From Camelus ferus (taxonomy: Eukaryota): 64,000 bases of DNA. Positions 13,340 to 27,094 of the stretch are shown here, piece by piece. The number at the start of each line of letters is the position of its first letter. The stretch's first letter is position 1. The notes under the pieces were generated by a model that saw only the letters and a list, made by a program, of their open reading frames with translations, ran no database searches and had not been told where the DNA came from. The stretch spans positions 103,852,001 through 103,916,000 of the forward strand of contig NC_045697.1 of assembly GCF_009834535.1 (NCBI RefSeq), read 5' to 3'. A program made the translations under genes and the position numbers.

Positions 13340-14230
13340 ACAAGGTACTTGACATTTTAATTGAACATACTGAAAACTGAGTTTCTGAAATCCCCTCCAA
13401 AGTCACCTTCTTTTGCAGCCGTTACCACCTCAGCTTGTGGCAAGTCCCTCCCAACTTGCTCAAGCCAGTCACCTTGGTGTCATCCTTGTCTCCTTTATTT
13501 CCCTAACGATCCACACAAGTCCATCTGCAAAACCTGGTAGCTCTACCTTTAAAATAAATTCTGACTAAGACCACTTTTTACCACCTGCTTTACCATCTCT
13601 CTGGCCCAAACCACTCATCTCTCATCTGGATTATTAAAAAACCTTGTTCTCTTCTGCTCTTACCTCTGCAGGTTATTCTCAGCACAGCGGCCAAGAGCTA
13701 TCTTGAAAAACTTAAGGCAAGTAATATCATTTAGCTGCTCAAAACTTTCGCACGGCTTCCCATCACTTAGCTTGAGGAACCACTTGCCTCACTATTACCT
13801 ACGAAGCCCTACAGAAGCTGTCCCCTTCACCTCTCCCACCTGCATCCTCTACTCTTTGCAGCAGCCAGACCAGCTTCCTCACTGGTCCCAGAACATGCAA
13901 TTTATGCTGTCAAGGTCTTTGCCTGTGCTTTCTCTCACATCCTTCAAAAACTTACCTTCTCTTTGGGGCATTCCCTGGCCACCTGATTTAAAATTTCTAT
14001 TTCCTCAACTCCTGATATTTTGTATCTCTTTTCATTAATTTATCTTTTGTTTTTAGCATGTAACATTATCTTGCATGCTGAATTTTTTACTTATTTGTCT
14101 TGTTTATTCAGTGTCCTCTTCTAGAAGATCGATGGGGACAGAAGATTTTGTTTTGCTTTGTTATTATATCTCTGGCACCTAGAACAATGTCTGGCACATA
14201 GTAGGTGCTCAATATGTATTTGCTGGATTT
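13340..14230 (+). mobile_element. LINE-2 3' region
   Basis: accttggtgtcatccttg...tctggcacatagtaggtgctcaatatgtatttg (L2 3' end). Confidence 0.8.
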
Positions 14231-14504
14231 TGACTAAATAATTCTTTGAAATGTTGACCCTGATAGCGCCTGTCATAGTTGGTATGTATTTCTGGGGAAG
14301 GTTTCATTAAAGTAAGGGAATAAAGGCATTTCCTGTATTTGCAGCACTTTGATGGTTCATGTCAATCGACAGGTATTTACTGAGTGTATGGAGTGGGAAT
14401 ATCAAATGATAATATCAGAAAGTGATGAGAAAAGAATGAGCCTATAGGTGAATGGAGATGTGGGATCAAGACATTTTAAAAAAATATTTAGAACAAAACA
14501 TATT

Positions 14505-14622
14505 TTTTAATGGGGGAAGCTAATTTGAGGTTTATTTATTTGTTAATTTTTTTTAAAACGGAGGCACTAGGGATTGAACCCAGGACCTTGCACATGCTAG
14601 GCATGCACTCTACCACTGAGCT
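14505..14622 (-). mobile_element. tRNA-derived SINE (vic-1-like)
   Basis: gggattgaacccaggaccttgcacatgctaggcatgcactctaccactgagct (reverse-complement head). Confidence 0.88.
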
Positions 14623-15403
14623 CACTTAAGAGATTTTTTAAAAATTTAACTTGGATAATATTCCTGCATGTTTATATGCTGATGGAATAATGCAGTAAAG
14701 AGGGGAAAAGACCACTAGAAGAGAGTAAGATCCTTGAATGAAAGAAGCAATGGAAATGGGATTGGGGATTGGCCTTAAATAGAATAAATAAATATAAACT
14801 AATATTTTTGTTTTGGTTTCCTCACAACAAGAGTGGAAGCAAAATAGGGGGACACTGGTACAGCTGATTTCGTATACCTGGTTGTAGAAGCAAAGAGAAA
14901 ATACCTTCTGACTGTTTCTATTTTCTCAATGAAATAGAATCAAGGTCATTAACTGAGAGCTGAGGAAGGGCAGGGGAAGGAGAGAGGAAAGAGTGAGAAG
15001 CAGCGATCTGGGAGGACTAAGAGTGATTGGACTGGGGAAGTGAGGTGAGGTCACAGAGCAGTACTAAGTGTGCACTCAGAGAGCAGTGATGAATTTGCAG
15101 CGAGACCAGCAGTGGAGGGGAAGGGTTGGATTTAACCAAGTGGGCATTTTCCACAGAACCACTACTTGAAGAAAGAAAAGCAAGAGATTTGAAGGTATGC
15201 CTAAGTGATAATTTTAATGAAGGATAATTGAGTCTAAACTATGTCATAAGGGAAGTAAAGACATGAGGGGGTAAGACTGAGTGACAAGGTGGCTGAAACA
15301 ATGGATCTGGAGGTTCTGGTGGGGTTGGGGAAATCACTGGTGTCAGGATATTAGAGGGAGTGAAATGCGGTTGGAGTGAAAAGTGCTTGAAAATGAGAAA
15401 GGT

Positions 15404-15506
15404 TGGGGGAGGGTATAGCTCAGTGGTAGAGTGCGTGCTTAACATGCATGAGGTCCTGGGTTCAATCCCCAGCACCTTCATTAAAAGAAAGAAAGCAAGC
15501 AAGAAG
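15404..15506 (+). mobile_element. tRNA-derived SINE (short-tail form)
   Basis: Intact A and B boxes; 15-bp TSD gaaaatgagaaaggt (15389-15403, 15507-15521); lacks the cctaattacctcccc tail. Confidence 0.9.
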
Positions 15507-16062
15507 GAAAATGAGAAAGGTAGGAAAGGTGGTGATGAAGTCTAGAGGACCTTGAAAGTTGGTAGCTGGGTAGTGTGTGGGACAAGGTCCTTCGAGAGAG
15601 ATAGTCAAGGGCCTGAGAACTCATGCTAATGCAAGGATCATCTCAGTGATAATGAGATGACTGGAGAGGTCGACAGTGAGGTAAGGGCTAAAGTCTCAAA
15701 GGACTGATGGAGAGTCACCTGGAGAGCTGTTAGGTGACTGCAACTTGGTGGAGAAATTGACAAAAGGCATGAACTTCCAAGGAGCTGGTAGGGTGAGGGA
15801 AGAGGAAAAAGCAAGGTCTGAAAGTGCCAACGAAGGACCTGTAGAACAGCTACCACTTCTGGGCCCAGATGTGGGAAAGTCGCTGCCTGGGGGGACTTTG
15901 GAGGAAGTAGTGTCCTCAGGGGAGAGCTGGGTTCGAGTTGAAGCAAATTGAGATCAAGGATATAGGAGATTTTGTTGATTACAAATTCAAATTCTGGAGG
16001 TGACAACAAAAGTGACTGTGACAGCAGAGGGAAGAAAGACTGGGTCAGATTATTACAGGACT

Positions 16063-16150
16063 GTCTTCGGGCACACCACCCTGAACGTGCCCAATCTTGT
16101 CTGATCTAGGAAGCTAAGAAGGGTGGGGCCTGGCTGGTACTCAGATGGGA
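16063..16150 (+). pseudogene. 5S rRNA pseudogene, 3'-truncated (nt 1-88)
   Basis: By hand, 75/88 ungapped identities to the recalled mammalian 5S sequence (GTCTACGGCCATACCACCCTGAACGCGCCCGATC...GGATGGGA). Confidence 0.92.
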
Positions 16151-17614
16151 TAGTGTTACGGGACTAACAGAGCCTTAGGGAGTGAGTGTTGGAGTGAAGC
16201 AGCATGATCTGGGGGTCTTGGCTTCCTTGAGGTTGCTGAAGTGGATAGAGGTGGGGAATATGATGAGATTTCCTCTAGTGGATTCTGGAGTAGACAGAGG
16301 GGAGGAGGTTGGGAGGGCACTGAAGAGCGAAGCCAGGGCTCCTGCCCACAACGGGCAGAGCTCTGAGGGCCCATCATTCAGTCATTCTGATGCTGGCTTT
16401 GCGGCTGCTGCATATGTAGTGGCCCCAGGACCCTAGGGACTTTGATATAGTCAACTTATGCAGAGGGGGCCTTTAGCAACGGGCGGAGGGAAGTTCTTGC
16501 CAGCCTCCTGTCAGTAAGGGCAAATGAGTTTGCGCCATCTAAAAGGGAAGCATAACAAATGCTTTCCCTGGAGTTCACCCTTGGGAGCACCCCCATCCCT
16601 CTACATAGCCGGAAGGAAGCACCAGATTGATTTCTCTTTAAGAAGATGAGTGTTCCACAAATTACATAATCGAGGCAAACTAGTAAATTTTTTAAAAAAT
16701 TACTGAAGATTCTTGATTTGGTTGGCTTAGAATTTGAGACTAATAATTCTGAGATGGCTTAGTATGAGTTTTACTGAGAAGGAGATGACTTTTTAATGGA
16801 AAACGTTCACTGACTTATAAAGTTGGAACCCATGCTAGGGGCGCCGTGAATGGGGTCTCCTGACACAAGAAGAGTATCTATATTGCTGACTGTCCTCCCG
16901 ACTGGATAATCTGGTGGTTTTCTATCCACTGCTTCTGTAAAGAAAATGTTAGTGATAAATTAAGGAATTTAAGGCTACGAGTATCTTCTTTTCAGGGAGA
17001 GTGACATTTAGGAGGGGGAAAAACGGAAAGCACTTGAGGGTAAGGGAAAACAGGTAGGACCTCTCTCTTTTCCAAATCAGAAGCTGTTTCAGTCTACCTT
17101 CCCCCTCATGAGTCAGAAAAATAAAGTGATACAAAATCCAGTCTATTCCTATGCCTTGAGGCATGACTGTAACTAAACCATTAGGGGATGCAAATTGAAT
17201 CCTCTCTGACTAAAATTCAGTGTCTTACGCACCGTTAGGACCACATGAGGAAACCACCCATTCACAAACGGGCTTTTCCTCGGAAAGTTTACGGCCAGGC
17301 TCGGCTCAATATGAAGAAAAGTCTGACTCACAGGATTATTAAAAATGAAGTAATACTTTAATTTTTTCCCTTAAGTTAACCGACAATACACTGAGAATGA
17401 TACCAGTTTTAACTTTTTTAAAATGAGACATCGCAGTAACTTGATGGTTGATGATGAGCAGTGCAGGTGCAGGGAGTGGACTGCCTGGCTCTTACTTCGT
17501 TGTCTGGGAGCCTGGAGTTAACTAGTGTCCGGCCAGTTTGGCCTGCCTCCGCCCAAATGAGAGAATTGAAGCATTTATTTGCTGTAAGCTCCTGTGACTT
17601 CTTACAAAAGCTAA

Positions 17615-18230
17615 TGGGAATAGTACTGTGGTTCCTTAAAAAAAACAAAAATCGGATTACTATATGTCCCAGCAATTCCATGCTGGATATATATCCAATA
17701 GAACTGCGAGCAGGATCTCAAAGACACTTGTGGTATCTATGCACTCACGCTCCTGAGAGCATTATTCACAATAGCTGGTGGGAGCAACGCAAATGTCCAT
17801 TGACAGATGAATGGATACAGAAAGTGTGGTATATATGTTCCAATGGAATATTATCAGCCTTAAAAAGGAAGGACATTCTCACCCATGCTACAACGTAGAT
17901 GAATCCTACATCATGCCAAATGAAGTAAGCCAACGATACCAAAGAACCAACACCGTATGACTGCACTTACCTGAGGTTCCTGGAGTAGTCAAATTCATAG
18001 AGATAGAATGTAGAAAGGTGGTTGCCAGGGGCCGTGGGGGAGGGGAGAATGGGAATTATGGTTTAATGAGTACAGGGTTTCATTTTGGGATAATGAAAAA
18101 GTTCTGGAGATGGATAGTGGTAATGACTGAACAATAATGTGAATGAACTTAATAACCCTGAACTGTACACTTAAAACTGGTTAGGGTGGTGACATTTATG
18201 TTATGTGTATTTTCCCACAGTTAAAAAAAT
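17615..18230 (+). mobile_element. Old LINE-1 (L1MB-like) ORF2 end and 3' UTR
   Basis: cccagcaattcca, aaatgtccattgacagatgaatggata, aaaaagttctggagatggatagtggt, A tail. Confidence 0.85.
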
Positions 18231-18239
18231 ACTAACAGA

Positions 18240-18630
18240 TCTTTGGATTTCCCTATTCTGGGGATTCCATATAAATAGGATCATATGGTATGTGGTCTTT
18301 TGTAACTGGCTGGTTTTACTTCCCATAATGTTTCAAGGTTCATGCGTGTTAGAGTATGTATCCATACTTCATGCACTTTTATTGCTGAATAATAATATTC
18401 CATTGTCCAGACAAACCACATTTTTTTCAGGAGATGGAGGGAAGAGGTAATGGAGAGTGACTGTTAATGGACACAAGGTTTCTTTGGGGAGTGATGAAAT
18501 GTTCTAAAATTAGATTGTTGTTAGAGTTACACAACTCTGTGAATACACTAAAAAACACTGAATTGTATATTTTTAAAAGGTGAATTTCATGGTATGTGAA
18601 TTATATCAAAATGAAGCTGCTATACAAAAC
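18240..18630. mobile_element. Old LINE-1 (L1MB-like) with 5' inversion
   Basis: 18240-18425 antisense L1 (tatgtggtcttttgt...aataatattccattgt); 18430-18630 sense 3' UTR (gatgaaatgttctaaaattagattg...ggtatgtgaattatatc). Confidence 0.75.
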
Positions 18631-18714
18631 TGGGGGAAAAAAAGCGCCATTAGCATCTTAGATGCATTAACCAAAGATCAGAGTCTGTAACAAATCTGGC
18701 AAAAAGGGCACACA

Positions 18715-18900
18715 TCTAGAGTCTGATGGCCTAGTTTCAAGTCATGACTCTGGCACTTATCTGTGTGATTAACTTCTCTGAATTTCACATGTATGATCTA
18801 TAAAATGTAAATATTAAAGTAATGCTTACTTTGCAGGGACATGGTGGGGACCAAATAACCAAATAATGGACATGAAGGGCTTATTAACACTGTGAGTTGC
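18715..18900 (+). mobile_element. MIR SINE
   Basis: tttcaagtcatgactctggcacttatctgtgtga...cttctctgaatttc...ctataaaatg resembles the MIR core. Confidence 0.65.
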
Positions 18901-18929
18901 AGACACTGACTAATATATATAAAAGAGAC

Positions 18930-19125
18930 AAACAATTAAGTTCATACTGTACAGCACAGGGAGCTATATTCAATATCTTATAGTAACTTATGGTGAAAAA
19001 GAATATGAAAATTAATATATACATATACATATTCATGTATGACTGAAGCATTATGCTGTACACCAGAAATTGACATATTGCAGACTGACTGTACTTTAAT
19101 AAAAAATATATACATACAAAAAAAA
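18930..19125 (+). mobile_element. LINE-1 3' terminal fragment
   Basis: gcacagggagctatattcaatatctt...ctgactgtactt plus A tail; same family as 7707 and 29890. Confidence 0.85.
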
Positions 19126-19634
19126 TCCTGTGAGTTGATGTTTTAATATCAACACTAATTGGAATGCAGAGGGGGTGTGTGTGGGGGTGGCAGATAGCTG
19201 TCTTTTGTACAAAGGGCTGTTGGATAGAAGAGAATTGGATTTATTCTGAATTGTCTTAAAGGGCAGAGCTGGGAACAGGTATAATTTATAAGGAAGGTAA
19301 ATGTTAAGTTGATAATATAAAGACCTTTCCAAAAGAAGGTGCTGAGTACTCATCACTGTAGGTCTTAGAATAGAGGCTGGATCCATGGTAGACACTTTCA
19401 GTCCAAGGTCGAAACACATCTTGGTTTCTTTCAAGTGTGAGGCCTTTTTTTTCCTATTTTTTCCCCAAATGTTAATATTTCTTAGCTCTAATGTTTTCCC
19501 GAGAGTGTGTATCTTCTACATAATGATCAAGTTTTTACAAATGTAACCCCCTTCTTTCTCGCCTCTGTTCTTTTTTACCTTCATTCTCCATTCTTGCTAA
19601 CTGCCACCACAATGAAGCCACAGTTGGAGGGCTG

Positions 19635-19812
19635 TAGGTGTGGGTCTCAGCCTTAACTGCACATTGTAATCACCGTGGGAGCTTCACACACTCTTAATGC
19701 TTGGCTTTCACTCAGGGATTCTCAAAGGTCTAGGGTGGAGATTGGACAACAGGAATTTTAAAGCTCCCAGGTAATTCTAACGTGCAGTCAAAACTGAGGG
19801 CGCTGCTGTAGA
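19635..19812. mobile_element. MER5A-type hAT DNA transposon fossil
   Basis: ctgcacattgtaatcacc...ggagctt and aagctcccaggtaattctaacgtgcag form imperfect terminal inverted arms. Confidence 0.7.
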
Positions 19813-20666
19813 GAGGGTGACTGTGTGCCCCCGTGTAACTCAGCCTGGGGGTGAGGGGACAGTGGCATGGAGAGATTCGGGTTTCCTAGCTCCGTTTCTT
19901 GAATATCTTGTGTTTTCCATGTCACCAGCTGCCTCTAAGTAGGTAAGGAACAGCTGCTGGTGAATCTGGAACAGATGTCAAGATGGAAATTCATTCCAGC
20001 AATTACTATCCCCGCAAAGTCTTTTCTTCCTGTTAAAAAAAGAAACTCTCCTTTACACTGAGCAGGTGTTAATTGTGCTTCACTCAGTCACCCTGGGGCC
20101 ATAAACGTCCAAGCCAGCACTAGAGAGTAAGAGCAGGGTTTCCTTACATGGGTGTCTAAGGAAAATGCAAAATTGCGTGCACATATTGGCTTTGATAGAA
20201 ATTTTCCCTTTTTTCACCCTGCTCTTCCTCTGTGTTCTAAAACATCTCACTAAAGGAGTCCCTACCCATTCTCCTTGACTTAAAGTTTTGTATCTTACGT
20301 CACATCAGGTTTCAGGGAATGGTTTCACCTTTCTTTCTGGTCATTCCTTTCTAACCTTTCTCTTGATCCATATAGACCTAGGAAGGAGATGGTCTTTAAG
20401 ACAGTCGTTTCCTTTGCCCCACCTTTAAAGCTGCTCTCCAAAGACAGAGAAAAAGGGCCACTCAACCAATTCTCCAATTTCCTCATGGATATTTTATAGT
20501 CTACTGTGGGCTGTTATTAGGAAAAAATGGGTCAATGAAAGAGTAAGTGACTTTTTCTCCCTCTCTGAGCATCTTAGGGACATTATAGGTGGACTTCTTG
20601 CTTGTCCTACTCAAGAGAAAGACATTTAGAGTGTGTGCTCAGAGGACAAGCCTTACATCTTGATTT

Positions 20667-20783
20667 TGGGGGGGAGAAGGTAATAGGTTTATTTATTTAT
20701 TTATTGGAGGCTGTGGGAATTGAACCCAGGACCTTGTGCATGCTAGGCACGCACTCTCCCACGGAGCTATGCACTCCCCCCTG
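20667..20783 (-). mobile_element. tRNA-derived SINE (vic-1-like)
   Basis: Reverse-complement head; TSD catcttgattt (20656-20666, 20784-20794). Confidence 0.88.
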
Positions 20784-21719
20784 CATCTTGATTTAAGAGG
20801 TGACTTATCAAATAACCTGTCTTGAAGTAAGATTGAGCTACCCATTCATTCCACAGAGCCAGCAATTTCCTAGCTAATTACACTGTACATTGAACATGGG
20901 AGTGTATTATTATTCTTGTACTTGAACCTACTGAATTGATGAGAAATTTAGTGTTTCTAGGACTGCAGAATGTAGGAGAGTAAAAGAATAGGAATGTTCA
21001 GTGAGAAACTTAATCCTTTAGGTTTGAGGAATTTACTGACAGCAAAAAAAAAAAAATAAGGGACACTTTAGGGAGAAAAACTCAGTTTTAGGTGTTTTAA
21101 TGTGAGAAACTTCAAGTATGTTTGGTTACTGAACCTTAAACTTCCTATGGCTAGCTGCTCAAAATGTTTATCTCTTTATGAAAACTCCTTAAAATATTGT
21201 TTCAGAAAATTCTGTCTATATTTGCAGAGGTGAATAATATTTCAATATGCTTGTAAAAGCCAGATGCTTGGCCTATGGCCTCAACTGGGGGTGGGTGTTA
21301 CTGTGCTCCCACCAAAGAAAAATATCTATCTTATTTAAAAAAGAAATCTTTCATTTTATGCTCTATGGGAAAGTTTAAAATAGAGAAATATTATTTTCCT
21401 TAGAAAGCCTGATAAATAATTCAGACCAGCTATAAATCTTAATGAAAAAAAATCTTTTTTCTTTTTCAGTGAAACTCAGTCCTTGGTCTATAATGGAACA
21501 TAGATGTTCTTTGACTGTTCCACATCTAATCATAATACTTTCCAGAAATGGCCTTGATTTTCTTCTCTTTCTCACTTTCAGTATTTGTGATTCAAGTGAA
21601 ATTTATTCCAAAGGTAAACATGTGACCAAAGTCTGACTCTTCAGACCATGACAGTGATTGGTTCAGAAAGGGCACATGATCCAATTAGATCAATTAGAGA
21701 CAACAATGTTAATTTCAGT

Positions 21720-22052
21720 GTCAGCTGGTACATTCTCAAACAAGTTACCATTATAGGTAACTGGGGCTTAATCTTGCTTTGAAATCCTAGAAGTAAATGT
21801 AGCACACATTCCTCAGAGTTATCCCACCCTAGGGGCAAAGGAGCTGGGTATTTATACCCCACCTCCCATCAGTCATTGGTTGAGGGCTGCTGGTGGTGGT
21901 GGTGCGGGGTCATTAATCCCCTTGCACCTTGGGCTCGGGTGGTCAGAGTAAGCCCTCAGGCAAAGAAATACATTTGGAAGTTGGTCTTGTATGTGTGGAA
22001 ATAGCAAAGGCAAGGGGAATATGGTTGGGGCAATGACCCATATCCATCTACT
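21720..22052 (-). mobile_element. ERVL-class LTR (LTR33/LTR16-like)
   Basis: ctcagagttatcccacc...ggagctgggtatttatacc...cagtcattggttgagggctgc matches the recalled LTR33-type core in reverse. Confidence 0.6.
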
Positions 22053-23015
22053 GCCATAACTAATGATCTTAGTACAATATCTTATTCCAATTTATCTAAA
22101 CACTTAGTAAATGTCAATTACTGATAAAATTTATTCATTCAACAAATATCTAGTGTACCATGTACAATAAGGCACATTGATTGTGCTAGTTGCTGGAAAT
22201 AAAACATGACAGAGAATTTCCCATCCTTCAGGAAGCTGGCAGTCTATATAATAGAGCTAAGCAAGTAAGCAAGAAATTATGTGCTAGTGATAAAGAAAGT
22301 ATGGGCTCCTGGGAGAATGTGCATTTGAAGAACCTAACCCAGGACGTGTTTTCTAAGCACCTCCCCAGCTTTTGGCAGCAGAAAGAAGAAATTTATAAGA
22401 AGATTGAAAAAAAATAAATAAATAGGTGATAGAGGTGGAAAGGAAGTGGAGATTTTAAAGTACATCCTTTTGTATTGTTGCATTTCATACTGTGTGCATG
22501 TATGACAGATAAAAAAGTTAACTTTTTAAAATGATAATTATTTTATTTTAAAGGAGTAGATCTAGTAAGCATCAACATAGTGAATAAAATTACCAGCTGT
22601 GGTAGTAATCTAAGTGACTGTGAAGTGTAACATATTGCCCCCTGGCTGGTCCAAGGAAAAGACATCAGAGGTGTGGCAGCAGGAAGCTGAGAGGGGAGAG
22701 GCAGAAATGACGTGTCTGTCATCATGCCTCCACGTGGTCAGAGAAGAGGCTGCACAAACGAGCCATCACAATTGCTGGTCCCTCCTCTCAGGGCTTTGAG
22801 GATGCTCGACAGACAGTTACTGAATTAAATTAATTCTACTTGAAATGAATAAGCTAATCCAACACAACTCAATAACACTAACCATTAGGCACATCCCTGG
22901 CTCCAATTTTGCTCTCGCTATAGAAACTCTTCGACTATAACTGCTAACACTGTGGAACTGGAGTTGGCTCTCTGAGCAAACTTTCTGGCCTCTTTGATAT
23001 AGTTACACCTTTCTT

Positions 23016-23538
23016 TTTTGTTTGTTTGTTTTGGGGAGTTTTTTGATATTATTTTTAGAAATTTATTTATTTTTGTTGAAGTATAGTTGATTTACAATGT
23101 TGTGTTAGTTTCTGGTGTACATTTTGATTCAGTTATACCTGTATATATATATATATATATTCTTTTTAATGTTCTTTATCATTATAGGTTATTACAAGAT
23201 AATGAATAAGGTTCCCTGTGCTATACAGAAGGTCCTTGTTGTTTTTCTATTGTATATATAGTAGTGTGTATCTGCAAATCTTGAACTTCCAATTTATCCC
23301 TCGCCCACCTTCCCCTTTGGTAACCATAAGTTTGTTTTCCATGTCTGTGAGTCTGTTTCTGTTTTGTAAATAAGTTCATTTGTGCCATTTTTTTTCAGAT
23401 TCCACATATAAGTGATACCATATGATATTCATTTTTCTCTGTCTGGCTTGCTTCACTTAGTATGATCATCTCTAGGTCCCTCTATGTTGCTGCAATGGCA
23501 TTATTTCATCATTTTTATGGCTGAGTAGTATTCCATTG
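23016..23538 (-). mobile_element. LINE-1 3' end (antisense)
   Basis: T-rich tail at left, ORF2 end at right; TSD agttacacctttctt (23001-23015) / agttatacatttctt (23539-23553). Confidence 0.88.
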
Positions 23539-25264
23539 AGTTATACATTTCTTAAATGAATGCATTGGCTCATCTTCTCTGCTTGGTTAGTGTGATTCAG
23601 GGACCTTAAGCCTGATTTTTATATCAGGATAAACTGAAGAAAATCCTGTTTCTTGACCTATAGAGCCAAGTACAGCTTGAAGTACACCAGCCCCACCAAA
23701 ATGAGCACCTGGTGATGCCCTAAATCACATTTCTGTTTCATTTCGCTCTAACTGCCAAGTACATACCCAGAATTTTGATAAAGTTCATTCAACTCAGCAC
23801 CATCCTATTGCTCAAGAAGGTCACTGATCGCAAGGGCAAAATCCATGTACCCACCTCAGGATTTAATCAATGTTAACATTTTATTGTTTTGCTTCATGTA
23901 TATATATTTTTATTGTAGGAAATAAAATGTGCTGTGGTGAACTTTGTACCCTTTCATGATCCCATGCTCCTCCTTCTCACCTTTTCTTCCAGAAGTTACA
24001 TTATCTGTGGTTAGTATGCATTGTCTTATCTGTGTTTTTATCTTTTTACTACATCTTTTGAACATATAAACAATATAATATGGTTTTGTAAATGTTTCAG
24101 CTTTAGATGTGTGGCATTCTCTCTCTATTATTCTGTCCCTTGTTTGTTGACGTGGTATTGCTTCCTAGACCTATGTAGCTTTACACAGGAGTACTTGCAC
24201 TTGAAGTTTTCATATGCACACTCAGCAACAAGGTTCTCCAGTCATCTCAAGCGAGCCACTGCCTCTGTTCGCTGCCTGCACAAGACAAAGACCGGCCTGC
24301 TTTAAACCACATCCTAAAAACCCTTCTGTCACCTTTCCCATTATTGTTGTTTGAAATTTAATTCTTACTTATGAATACAAAATTTCCACATTGTTAATTT
24401 TACCAATTTATATGTTATTGTCACATCCCTCTCTACCTCTCTGGATGCAATTTCTTTCTTACTGAATGACCTCCTTTTACCATTGTTTCAGATCATCCTG
24501 AAGTTTCAGTGTCCTCTTGACTGGAAATCCACACCACATTTTCACAAAATGGGATTATATTATAAATATAGTGTGGAAGTTTCTTTTTGTTGAATGATAA
24601 GTATAGTTCTACAGATTCATTTCCAAAGCCCATTTAGTTCTGTAATTTAACCCTCTAATTCCCCTGTTGGTCAATATTTAAATTGTTCCCAAATATTTAC
24701 TAATCAAAATAACATTGGAGTGAGTGGCCTGGGGTAACTGGGTCTTTGTGCCCTTGATTGGTTCTCGTCTTTGGTTAAATTGCTAATCATTTCATAGTAA
24801 AAGCTACATACATTTCAAATTTTGATACATATTATTAATGTGCCTTCAGAAAAATTGTTACATTTCTGCCAACGTTGGATGTTTTTCTAATTTTCCAACA
24901 TTTCATTCAGTATAAGCTTATCAATCTTTAAAATTTTTTGACCCATTTTTCGTTGATTAGTAGTAATGTTGAGAGGCCACACTGACTTCCCTCTGTTCAC
25001 AGAAGACACTTTGATCCTTGTTGCCTTGTGGTTCTTCATACATGCTCTTTCTTTTGCCCAGAATATGCCCCACTTTTTTTTTCATTAAATACTCTCAGAA
25101 AAAAAAAAAAAAAAACTCCCAGATATATTTCATGACATTGAAAACATAAAGGATAAAATGTTAGAGGCTTGTCTGTACTTAGAAAGGAGTGGGACAATTT
25201 GCCAAGATGTTGAAAAGATGCTTGTTCCATGTTGTAAATTTGCCTCACTTTCTTTTCAACTTTT

Positions 25265-25535
25265 AGACCTCATCTTCAGGATCCCTCAGAGAAGCCTTCC
25301 CTGGATCCCAGATTAGTCTAGGTCCTCCTGTTACAGCTTCTCAGAGCACTCTCCACTTCTTCACATCCATGCAAGAGTTGACATAATAATCCATATGATC
25401 ATCTATCTCATGCCTATTTATTCTTCTATATATTGAGTCCCATGTGGGCAGGAACCTAGTCTATCTCACTCACAATAATATCCCAGCACGTGGGACAGGT
25501 GCTCTCTGACGCCCTCTTGGAGAGTGAATGAATGA
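25265..25535 (+). mobile_element. LINE-2 3' fragment
   Basis: ctcagagaagccttccctg...cccagcacgtgggaca...gaatgaatgaa. Confidence 0.65.
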
Positions 25536-27094
25536 AGCATGCAGACACTGGTTTGGCATAGAATATTTTGTATCATGTTAAGAAAATATTCAAACTCTTC
25601 CAGTTTTTAATATTAAACTTTTGCACATCTAGCCTGCTTCTGAGACAGCAACAAAACCAATAAATAAATGAACAACTGGTTCTTTTAATTCCCAGTGCTA
25701 ACATAATTTCCTCTTTTACTTAAAAAGCTACTGACACACAATTCAACAATAAATCTTTACTGAAAGAATTGTATATGCAGGGCATTATGAATACAAATCT
25801 TTAAGAAGATGTGTCCCTAAGAAGTTCTTTATCTCGTACAGAGAAATAGGCTTATAAACAGCAAGGTCGGTAAAGTATGCTATAGAACTTAATGTAGGGT
25901 GTGGAAGGAGCACAAAGATTTCGATCAGGGGAAATGGTTCTCAACTATCTAGAAAGGTTCTTTCCCAGGAGAGAGAACGGCAGGAGTAAAGTCATGGATG
26001 TCTCTTGACAGGTTGGGGCAGACATCACAATGAGAAAAAAGACTAAAGAGTTAAGTAAGAGACCAGACCTTGGGGAGCCCAGTGGATCATGATTAAGTTT
26101 GGATTATTCTTTAGGCAATGACAACCCATGTTTCAGCAGAAAGATCTAAGATTAATGGTGATTTTAAAAAGTACTTGGAAACACTTTGCTTAAAGTAAAA
26201 ACCCAACAGATATAGCCTAGCAAATGTCTTATAGTGCCGTCTACCTTTGTAATCCTGTCTTCTTCAAACTTTTTCAGTGCAGTCCATTAGGAAAATGTAT
26301 TTCTGATGTTATCACGTTTGTCAGCAAAAATTCCGTTCAATTCCCTTTGTCATATGTTTACTGAACACCTAGTATGCTTAGATCATTATAGAAATTACAA
26401 AAATAAATCAGACATTGTCTTCCTCTTTGTACTACCCAAGGCGACAAAAATTATATGAACAAAATCCGATGGACACGTGAGGCAGAGATACCTAGTTCTG
26501 AATTATTTTACCAAAATTCATTTATCTTCCTCTTTGCTGAAATACATTTATTTCTCAATAGGATATCTTTGGAGGGAGAAGGAACTGGAAAATATACAGA
26601 TGAATCTAAGAAAGACTGCTATCCCTATGGCACAGAATGTCTCTCTAACATCCCATTTATGCCACCGGTAAACAGAGCCCTCCCCAGCCGGTATCTGCCA
26701 CAGGTCTGCCTGCCCTGAATTCCTGCCTCCACTTCCTACACTCAGTGCATAAACTCCTGGGCCCAGGCCTCACTGCTTTCATGCCCCAGCTGTTACTGGA
26801 GCCTCCTTTTGACCCACGGCATGGTATGGGAGCTGCCCAGATGCTGATTTTCCACCAGCCTTGATCCTGTTCTACAGCATGCCTGGGTTGAGAGAAATTC
26901 TAGTTTGGGGGTGGCTCCAAACTAACAGGGAACTGGGCTCTGGACTGAGAAAGATTGAAAGTTCAAACAGTGCTCAGGGTTTGGAAAAGTTTAGGGGGAG
27001 TAAGTAAACTCTGATTCCCTAGGAGTAGTACTGAAGCTGCATTTATGACGTCAACAGCCTTTTCAAGCTTACTGAGAACGATGTAACGAGGCCA

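Larger units (their letters stand above)
14650..16350 (-). mobile_element. Degraded LINE-2 (antisense), interrupted by a SINE and a 5S pseudogene
   Basis: Purine-rich + strand; ttctgactgtttctattttctcaatgaaatag resembles the L2 segment near 9510-9550. Confidence 0.6.

Noticed and set aside
15405..15480. tRNA-Ala-like gene
   Set aside because: It has a TSD, an A-rich tail and dispersed diverged copies; it is a SINE head, not a functional tRNA.
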